Source: an uncultured Chloroflexia bacterium
GTDB taxonomy: Bacteria; Chloroflexota; Limnocylindria; Limnocylindrales; CSP1-4
Assembly (NCBI GenBank): GCA_963706095.1
Contig: OY970149.1
Span: 2,179,398 to 2,243,397 of the forward strand
Length of the DNA: 64,000 nt
Reading direction: 5' to 3'
In this document: positions 57,276-64,000 of the stretch, piece by piece
Position numbering within the stretch: position 1 is the first letter of the stretch
How the letters are laid out: each line of letters starts with the position of its first letter
Program-made: the position numbers and the translations under genes
Notes under the pieces: generated by a model
Seen by the model: only the letters and a program-made list of their open reading frames with translations
The model's database searches: none
What the model was told of the DNA's origin: nothing

Positions 57276-60200
57276 CAGCTCCACACGCATCCGCGGCCGC
57301 ACCACGCGCCAGCGGCGCATCGCGGACCGGGCTGCCGCCCAGGTGGCCGAGCGCAGCAACGCGGCCGCGAGCGCCGATGCATCCGCCACCGGCACACCCC
57401 GATCCCGACTGCCGGATCTCTCCGCACTCACTCGGCTTCTCGCCGGCGGCGGCGAGCTCCAGGCATTGGCCGATCGATACAGGACGGTCAAGGAGGGCCG
57501 CGTCGGCCAGGCGCTGCGCCATGTCACCTATGCCCAGATGCCTCACGGCGCCAAGTCGTTCCTGGCCGCCGCCCTTGGCATGGCCAGTGGCGAACGCATC
57601 GTCTGGGTGGCGCGCGACTCGGAGATCGCCGATCGAGTCGCCGAAGAGCTGCAGGCCTGGCTGGGCGATCCGAACGCCGTCGTGACGCTCGAGCCGCGGA
57701 CCTCGCTGGCGTACGAACGCAGCGAGCTGATCCGCGACGAATCGGCTGCGCGCGTGGCGGCGCTGGCGGCCTGGCGGTCGGGCGAACCCAAGGTCCTCGT
57801 CGCCAGCGTGCAGGCGCTTTTCCAGCACACTCTCGCCCCGGCAGACGTTCCCGAGACCGCCGTGGAGCTCAAGCCGCGCCAGCGCATCAGCCAGGAGCGC
57901 GTGCTGCGCGAGCTGATCGACCTCGGCTACGAGGCGCTGCCCGAGGTCGCGGGCCGGGGCGAGTTCGCGCGCCGCGGTGGCATCGTCGACGTGTTCCCGG
58001 CGGGCCAGCCGCTGCCCGTGCGCATCGAGTGGTTCGGCGACGAGATCGAGTCGCTGCGGGCTTTCGATCCGGCCACCCAGCGCGGCATACGGCCGATCGA
58101 AACAGTCAGCCTGCTGCCGGCGAGCGAGTTCCTGCTGGGTGCCGGTGCGGGCGACAGGCTGCGTGAATCGCTGGGTAAGTCGGCCGCGAAGCTACCGGCC
58201 GACCTGGCGACGGACCTGGCGCGACTGGAGCAGGGCCAGCTGTCCGATGCGGCCGAGGTATGGGCCGGCGTCCTTGCCCCGACGACGGGACTGGACCACA
58301 TGCCCGAGGACGCGATCTGGATCATCGACGAGCCCGAGGACATCGCCGCGAGCACGGACTTCCTGTGGACCCAGGCCGACGAGCGGCGCGCCGAGCTGGA
58401 GCGCGCGGGCATCCTGCCCAAGACGTGGCCGGGCACGTATCCGGCGCGCCGTGAGTGGAAGCAGCGCCTGGTCGCGGCCCGGACCCTCGAGCTGACATGG
58501 GAGAGCGAGGTCGCGAGCGCGCCGCCGGGTGGCAACCCCTTCGGCTGGCACGAGCCGGTCATGCCGCCCCAGGCCATCCGCGACCTGAGCGAGACCATCG
58601 CGCGCTGGCGGCGCGAGGGCCTGCGCGTGGTCCTCGCCTCTGACCAGGCGGCGCGCCTTTCGGAGATCCTGGGCGAGTCGGACATCATCGCGGCGCCGAC
58701 GACCGGCCTCGCCGAGGTGCCACCGCCCGGTGGCCTCGCGCTGATCGAGCGCAGCCTCAACTCGGGCTTCGCCGGTGGACCGGAAGGCGTCGTGCTGGTG
58801 ACCGACCGTGAGCTCTTCGGCACCGTCCGTGTGCGTCGGCCGCGCGTGCTTCGTCGGATCGTGCCCAAGGACCTGCTGGAGCGGCTGCAGCCGGGGGACC
58901 TGGTCGTTCACATCGACCACGGCATCGCGCGCTACAACGGCATGACCCGCCGCCAGGCGGGTGCCGGCACGGGCGACGAGCGCGACTTCCTCGAGCTGCA
59001 CTTCGCGGAGGGCGGGCGCATCTGGGTTCCGGTCGAGCAGATCGAGCGCGTCTCGCGCTACGCCGGCGGCGAGAACCCGCACCTGTCTCGGCTCGGCGGC
59101 GGGGAGTGGCAGCGCACCAAGACCCGTGTCCGCAAGGCGGTAACCGACCTCGCCAAGGACCTGCTCGAGCTGTATTCCTCGCGCGAACGCGCGACCGGCC
59201 GCGCGCTCGATCCGGACTCGCCGTGGCAGCAGGAGATGGAGGCGGCGTTCCCCTACGAGGAGACGGTCGACCAGCTGCGCGCCACGGCGGAGGTCAAGGC
59301 CGACCTGGAGCGGGGGCGGCCGATGGACCGACTGGTGGTCGGCGATGTTGGCTACGGCAAGACCGAGGTCGCGATCCGGGCGGCGTTCAAGGCCATGTCG
59401 GACGGCATGCAGGTCGCGGTCCTGGTGCCCACGACCGTGCTCGCGGCACAGCACCTCGAGACCTTCCGCCAGCGTTTCGCGGCGTATCCGTTCACGGTGC
59501 GCATGCTCTCGCGCTTCGTGTCGGCCGAGCAGCAGCGCGAGATCGTCGCGGGCCTGGCGGCGGGTTCGGTCGACCTGATCATCGGCACCCATCGACTGCT
59601 GTCGAAGGACATCCGCTTCAAGAACCTGGGACTCGTCGTGGTCGATGAGGAACAGCGTTTCGGCGTCGCCCACAAGGAGCGGCTCAAGCAGATGCGAACC
59701 GAGGTCCACGTGCTGACGCTCTCGGCGACGCCCATTCCGCGGACCCTGAACCTGGCGCTCGCCGGGGTGCGCGACATGAGCGTCATCGAGACGCCGCCGG
59801 AGGACCGGTTGCCAATCCAGACTCGGGTCGCCGAGGCCTCGGCCGGCCTGGTGCGCGACGCGATCCTGCGCGAGCTCGATCGTGGCGGACAGGTCTTCTT
59901 CGTACACAACCGCGTCGAGACGATCGAGGCCCAGGCCGATCAGCTGCGCCAGCTCCTGCCCCACGCGCGGGTCATCGTTGCCCACGGACAGATGGCCGAG
60001 GGCGCGCTCGAGCGGGTAATGATTGCCTTCGCTCGCGGCGAGCACGACGTGCTGGTGTGCACGACGATCATCGAGTCGGGCCTCGACATTCCGAACGCCA
60101 ACACGATCATCATCGACCGCGCCGACGCGCTCGGTCTGGCCCAGCTCTACCAGTTGCGGGGGAGGGTGGGGCGATCCTCGCGGCGCGCCTACGCGTACCT

Positions 60201-60933
60201 GCTCTACCGTAAGCGCGGCCAGCTGTCGGACATCGCGCGCAAGCGGCTGCAGGCGATCTTTAACGCGTCGGAGCTGGGCGCGGGATTCCAGATCGCGCTG
60301 TCAGACCTCGAGATCCGCGGCGCGGGGAACATCCTCGGCGCCGAGCAGCACGGCCATCTGGCGGCGGTCGGCTTCGATCTCTACACGCGTCTGCTTTCTG
60401 ATGCGGTCGAGGAGCAGCGCGCGCTGCGCGACTCGCGTGAACCGGTTCGCCCCCGCCCAGAGACGGTCATCGACCTGCCGGTTGACGCGTACCTGCCCGA
60501 TGAGTACGTGGGCGAGGAGCCGATGAAGCTGGAGCTCTATCGCCGGCTGGGCAGGGCCGGCACGGAGGGTGAGGTCGCGGCCATTCGCGCCGAGCTGATC
60601 GATCGTTTCGGCGCCATCCCGCGGCCCGTGGAGCGGCTGCTCGAGGTCGCACGCCTGCGCATCGCGGCCTCGCGCGTGGGCATTGCCTCGCTGGCTCGCG
60701 AGGACAACGAGCTGGTCGTGCGTTTCCACTCTGACTGGTCGCGCGCGTCGACGATGCGCGCCATGGCGCCGACATCAATCGACGACCGCGTCCCCGGAGT
60801 CGGCCCGGGCGTCACCACCTACGGCTCGAACCAGATGCGCATCCGCCTGGCGAAGGATCCTGAAGCGGCGTGGAACACGACGCGTGGCGTGATCGAGCGT
60901 CTCGGGACTCGATTGGAGTGGCCCGCCTCCTGA
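57268..60933 (+). CDS. mfd: Transcription-repair coupling factor
   Basis: UvrB-homology N-terminus, the RNAP-interacting domain, superfamily-2 helicase motifs (GDVGYGKTEVA, DEEQRFG) and the TRCF domain. Conserved pth-mfd adjacency. The start codon is uncertain. Confidence 0.95.
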   Translation: MADSSTRIRGRTTRQRRIADRAAAQVAERSNAAASADASATGTPRSRLPDLSALTRLLAGGGELQALADRYRTVKEGRVGQALRHVTYAQMPHGAKSFLAAALGMASGERIVWVARDSEIADRVAEELQAWLGDPNAVVTLEPRTSLAYERSELIRDESAARVAALAAWRSGEPKVLVASVQALFQHTLAPADVPETAVELKPRQRISQERVLRELIDLGYEALPEVAGRGEFARRGGIVDVFPAGQPLPVRIEWFGDEIESLRAFDPATQRGIRPIETVSLLPASEFLLGAGAGDRLRESLGKSAAKLPADLATDLARLEQGQLSDAAEVWAGVLAPTTGLDHMPEDAIWIIDEPEDIAASTDFLWTQADERRAELERAGILPKTWPGTYPARREWKQRLVAARTLELTWESEVASAPPGGNPFGWHEPVMPPQAIRDLSETIARWRREGLRVVLASDQAARLSEILGESDIIAAPTTGLAEVPPPGGLALIERSLNSGFAGGPEGVVLVTDRELFGTVRVRRPRVLRRIVPKDLLERLQPGDLVVHIDHGIARYNGMTRRQAGAGTGDERDFLELHFAEGGRIWVPVEQIERVSRYAGGENPHLSRLGGGEWQRTKTRVRKAVTDLAKDLLELYSSRERATGRALDPDSPWQQEMEAAFPYEETVDQLRATAEVKADLERGRPMDRLVVGDVGYGKTEVAIRAAFKAMSDGMQVAVLVPTTVLAAQHLETFRQRFAAYPFTVRMLSRFVSAEQQREIVAGLAAGSVDLIIGTHRLLSKDIRFKNLGLVVVDEEQRFGVAHKERLKQMRTEVHVLTLSATPIPRTLNLALAGVRDMSVIETPPEDRLPIQTRVAEASAGLVRDAILRELDRGGQVFFVHNRVETIEAQADQLRQLLPHARVIVAHGQMAEGALERVMIAFARGEHDVLVCTTIIESGLDIPNANTIIIDRADALGLAQLYQLRGRVGRSSRRAYAYLLYRKRGQLSDIARKRLQAIFNASELGAGFQIALSDLEIRGAGNILGAEQHGHLAAVGFDLYTRLLSDAVEEQRALRDSREPVRPRPETVIDLPVDAYLPDEYVGEEPMKLELYRRLGRAGTEGEVAAIRAELIDRFGAIPRPVERLLEVARLRIAASRVGIASLAREDNELVVRFHSDWSRASTMRAMAPTSIDDRVPGVGPGVTTYGSNQMRIRLAKDPEAAWNTTRGVIERLGTRLEWPAS

Positions 60934-60981
60934 GGAGTGTGCTACGGTCGCACACGATATTTCACACTCCGCAGGTGAAAC

Positions 60982-61227
60982 GTGGTCCTGACTCGAACCA
61001 ACGTAACGCTGCCCCAGGAACTGCTCGACCAGGTAGATGAGTTGGCCGGTCCGCGTGGCCGCAGCCAGTTCGTCGCAGAGGCGGTGGCTGCCCAGGTGAA
61101 GCGTGAGCGCCTGCGCAAGGCCCTGGACGCCTCGCGTGGTGTGTTCGTCGGAACCCCGTCGTACATGACCCCTGACGAGGCGTATCGGTGGGTTCGGTCG
61201 ATGCGCGAAGAGGCTGACGACGATTGA
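60982..61227 (+). CDS. vapB: Ribbon-helix-helix (CopG/VapB-type) antitoxin
   Basis: N-terminal RTNVTLPQELLDQVDELAG..RSQFVAEAV is an RHH pattern. 4-nt overlap with the PIN gene. Confidence 0.75.
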   Translation: MVLTRTNVTLPQELLDQVDELAGPRGRSQFVAEAVAAQVKRERLRKALDASRGVFVGTPSYMTPDEAYRWVRSMREEADDD

Positions 61228-61622
61228 GCGGCTATGTCCTCGACACGACGGTGATCATCGACCACGCGCACGGCCACTCGGCCGGGCTGTATCTGGTCCG
61301 ATCGCTCTTTGAGAAGACGTCGCAGATGTTCACGTGCGAGGTCGTCACGTGCGAAGCGCTTTCACGCGGCGACGCAGAGCAGATTCGCGCCGTCACGGCG
61401 TTGCTCGAGGCGCTCGAGTTCGTTGCTCTCGGTCCCGAAGGTGCGCGGTGGGCTGGCGACCGCCGAAGGGAAGAAATCGAGGCGGGGCGACGCAAGCCGA
61501 GCACGACGGACTCCCTCATAGCCGCTCTTGCGCACAGCCTGGGGGCCACGGTCGTGACGCGCAACGCGAAGGACTTCGCGGCATTCGACGTGCCCGTCCT
61601 CGGCTACGGCGACATCGCCTGA
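61224..61622 (+). CDS. vapC: PIN-domain toxin (VapC family)
   Basis: YVLDTTVIID.., ..E.. and ..TTDSLIAALA..GATVVTRNAKDF show the conserved acidic residues of PIN. Confidence 0.85.
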   Translation: MSGYVLDTTVIIDHAHGHSAGLYLVRSLFEKTSQMFTCEVVTCEALSRGDAEQIRAVTALLEALEFVALGPEGARWAGDRRREEIEAGRRKPSTTDSLIAALAHSLGATVVTRNAKDFAAFDVPVLGYGDIA

Positions 61623-61693
61623 TCGCAGTCACAGGCCGGGCTGGTACATTCCGCGACGACCCGCGCCGTCCGGCGGGTATTGAGGGAATAAGA

Positions 61694-63577
61694 GTGATCT
61701 TCCGTTCCGGTCGCGTGCTCCTTGCAGCACTCATCGTGCTTACCCTCGTGGCTCCGGTCGCGCAGGGCCGGATCCGCGACGGCGATGATGACCCCGGTCC
61801 TGACGCGTGCCTGCCAGGACAGTACTCGCGCAATGGGAACGAACCTAATTGCGAACCGATCCCTGCCGATGGGACATTCACGAACCTCTGCTGGGTTGTG
61901 CTGGTTCCGAACAACAAGTGGTCGGTCACGGTGACGGCCATTGGAGCAGCCGGCAGCCCGAGCGGCAGCACCGGACTCGGCGGCCTGGGTGATGGGATCA
62001 GCGCCACGGCCACCGGCCTGCTCAACGGAGATCGACTGAAGGTTTGTGCCGACGTTGGCAACGGCCAGCCCGGCGGCGGCCAGCCAACTGGACAACCACC
62101 GGTCATCAGCGGTGGCGACGGTGGCGGCGCATCGGGTGTTTCGCTCGGTCTTAACTTCAACAATCCATTCGTGATCGCGGGTGGTGGTGGCGGCGGCGGC
62201 GACGGCCTCAACGGCGGCAACGCCGGCATGCCCATCGCGGATAGCGGCCAGGGCGCAGCCCTCGGCGGATCGGGCGCCAACAACTCTGTCTCATTCGCCC
62301 CCGGGGGCACCGGCCTCGATGGCGGCGGGAACGGCGCGACCGGCTCCGTCGTTACCGCCGGCGGTCCGGCTGCGGGCGGCAAGGGCGGCGATGGCTACAC
62401 GTCCGGTGGTGGAGGCGGCGGTGGCTTCCGCGGCGGTGGCGGCGGCGGCGGCGTCGGCTCAAATGGCAACGGCGCGGGCGCCGGCGGCGGCGGCAGCAGC
62501 TTTTGCGATGACACTTACGTATTGGGGGAGCTCACCATCTCTGGCTGCACGCGAACCGCGGGCGCCGGAACTCAGACCACGTCGGGCCACAACGCCGGCT
62601 ACGCGAAGGTGATCCTGACCTTCGGCGATCCGCCGCCGTGCAGTGTGGGCTTCTACTCGACGACCGGCAACGAGCCGTGCTCAGCGGCCTCGGCGGGAAA
62701 CTTCGTCGATAGCGCCGGCGCCACCGCGCAGACACCCTGCAATCCGGGCTACTTCCAGCCGGCCACGGCGGCCGTGGCCTGCGGCGCGGCAGACCTGGGC
62801 TTCTACGTCGATTCTTCGGGAAGTGCGAGCCAGACCGCCTGTCCGTCAGGTCAGACGACTTCCGCCACCGGCTCTGATTCGAGCACTGACTGCTTCTCGA
62901 CCGGCGACGGCATCGCTCCGACGGTCAGCAACGTCACGGCCGTGCTACGCGAAGGCGGCCGCGTCGAGAGCGCCGCGATAAGCGTCAGCTGGTCGGCGAG
63001 CGACGACGTGTCAACCGCTGACGACCTCACGTTCCACATCGAGGTCCGCCGTCTCTTCGGCAGCACCTGGGGTCCGTGGACGAATACCCAGACCGTGACC
63101 GGCGCGACCGCCTTGGCCCAGCGCCCGTTCTGGCGCACCTTCCAGTACCGCGTCCAGGCCCAGGACGAGGCCGGCAACTGGAGCGATTGGTCGGAAAGCA
63201 ACACGATCCTGCCAATTCGTCGGCAGGAGCGGCACTTCAAGCGCGGGCCTGGCTGGTCCGTAGTGGACGACGCCTCGGCAATGATGGGCAGGGTGCTGCG
63301 CAGCTCGACGGCCGGATCCGCCGCGTGGCTCCGCTTCAACGGCAACGGCGTCGCCCTGGTGATGCCCGCGAAGTCGGGGCAGGGCGAGGTTCAGGCGTGT
63401 ATCGATCCGGGCACGGCCAACGAAGAATGCCGGACGATCGATGTCGCCACGTTCGCGCCGATCGGCGCGCGGCGCTTCGTGTCCGCGTTCACCGGCCTCG
63501 ACAGCGGCCGGCATGTGCTGCTGGTGACGGTCCTATCCGGCTCGATCGACCTCGACGGAGCTGTCTTCATCCGCTGA
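61694..63577 (+). CDS. Secreted glycine-rich protein with Cys-rich (ephrin-receptor-like) repeats, an FN3-like module and a C-terminal beta-sandwich-like domain
   Basis: The GTG at 61694 follows GAGGGA. Signal peptide VIFRSGRVLLAALIVLTLVAPVAQG. Poly-Gly blocks (GGGGGGDGLNGGNAG.., GGGGGGGFRGGGGGGGVGSNGNGAGAGGGG). CSVGFYSTTGNEPC..CNPGYFQP..C repeats. The upstream part of track ORF 61334-63577 overlaps vapC and is rejected. Confidence 0.7.
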   Translation: MIFRSGRVLLAALIVLTLVAPVAQGRIRDGDDDPGPDACLPGQYSRNGNEPNCEPIPADGTFTNLCWVVLVPNNKWSVTVTAIGAAGSPSGSTGLGGLGDGISATATGLLNGDRLKVCADVGNGQPGGGQPTGQPPVISGGDGGGASGVSLGLNFNNPFVIAGGGGGGGDGLNGGNAGMPIADSGQGAALGGSGANNSVSFAPGGTGLDGGGNGATGSVVTAGGPAAGGKGGDGYTSGGGGGGGFRGGGGGGGVGSNGNGAGAGGGGSSFCDDTYVLGELTISGCTRTAGAGTQTTSGHNAGYAKVILTFGDPPPCSVGFYSTTGNEPCSAASAGNFVDSAGATAQTPCNPGYFQPATAAVACGAADLGFYVDSSGSASQTACPSGQTTSATGSDSSTDCFSTGDGIAPTVSNVTAVLREGGRVESAAISVSWSASDDVSTADDLTFHIEVRRLFGSTWGPWTNTQTVTGATALAQRPFWRTFQYRVQAQDEAGNWSDWSESNTILPIRRQERHFKRGPGWSVVDDASAMMGRVLRSSTAGSAAWLRFNGNGVALVMPAKSGQGEVQACIDPGTANEECRTIDVATFAPIGARRFVSAFTGLDSGRHVLLVTVLSGSIDLDGAVFIR

Positions 63578-63992
63578 CCGCGTCAAAGCGCGCGAGGTAC
63601 TCGGGCCGGTAGCGGTCGTAGAGAGTCACGATCAGCGTCAGCAGTGCCAGCACGAACCCAACGCGCTCGAACTCGACGCGTCCCGGCATGAGGATGGCGA
63701 ACGCGACGAGGATGCCGGAGTTCAGCGCCGCCATCGCCAGGAAGTGGCGCACGATCGATGCCGCCCGCCAGACCCAGCCGCGGCGTGCGAGCCATTCGCT
63801 GATCGCCGTGTTCGCGAGGATGATCGCGGTCATGCCGATGCCCGCCCGGAGCGGGTCGATGTCGAACCCGAAGCCCAGCACGAAGATCACCGTCAGCAAC
63901 GACACAAGCACGACCTTCTCGAGCAGCTCGCGGTCGAGGTAGCGCGCCTGCATGATCCCAAAGACGCGGCCGAGGGCGTCGCGACCGGCCAC
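63567..63992 (-). CDS. Hypothetical membrane protein (N-terminus may extend beyond the window)
   Basis: Four hydrophobic helices. The frame is still open at the window edge. The 3' end overlaps the convergent gene by 11 nt. Confidence 0.45.
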   Translation of the reverse strand: MAGRDALGRVFGIMQARYLDRELLEKVVLVSLLTVIFVLGFGFDIDPLRAGIGMTAIILANTAISEWLARRGWVWRAASIVRHFLAMAALNSGILVAFAILMPGRVEFERVGFVLALLTLIVTLYDRYRPEYLARFDAVSG

Positions 63993-64000
63993 CCGCGCCT

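Noticed and set aside
58192-60045. 617-aa ORF on the minus strand
   Set aside because: It lies entirely antisense to mfd, whose helicase motifs are unambiguous. Low-complexity Arg/Leu/Asp composition.
61334-61693. Upstream 120 codons of track ORF 61334-63577
   Set aside because: It overlaps vapC in another frame with an Arg-rich translation. The signal peptide and SD define the real start at 61694.

Overview
Strongly GC-rich bacterial chromosomal segment. No rRNA, tRNA, CRISPR array, transposase or prophage genes were recognised. The backbone is housekeeping and keeps the gene order known from Bacillus-type genomes: rpsT ... lepA-hemW-hrcA-grpE-dnaK-(gap)-dnaJ-prmA ... rpsU-yqeY-pgpH-ybeY, plus pth-mfd. 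A perfect CIRCE element sits in front of hrcA. A glycolytic block (ROK kinase, gap-pgk-eno) and a 5'-truncated dnaE2-type polymerase lie at the left end. Accessory blocks interrupt this backbone. (a) Two paralogous MarR + S41-peptidase-like lipoprotein modules share a 25-nt operator/promoter box. (b) A 6.7 kb block splits dnaK from dnaJ and holds an Rrf2 regulator, a DrrAB-like ABC-2 exporter, an arrestin/Spo0M-like protein and a YcaQ/AlkZ-like glycosylase, with two unusually long non-coding spacers. (c) A 9.6 kb block between prmA and rpsU contains a TagF-like / cytidylyltransferase / aldo-keto reductase / methyltransferase set and a frameshifted ScyD/ScyE-like gene. (d) At the right end sit a VapBC pair and a large glycine-rich secreted protein. 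The most unusual sequence-level signal is a family of three same-strand 170-200 nt elements closed by a conserved 15-bp helix that tolerates only G-U changes. One copy lies inside the dnaE2 ORF and one contains the hemW start region. A second repeat family is REP/REPIN-like, built on the core CCCGCT(C/G)AGCGGG, and occupies two intergenic regions. Many genes have a TAnnnT box 6-9 nt upstream of the start codon and no Shine-Dalgarno, which suggests widespread leaderless mRNAs. Most long ORFs in the supplied track are antisense or alternate-frame GC artefacts and were not called. All calls rest on reading the sequence and translations by eye. No searches were run.
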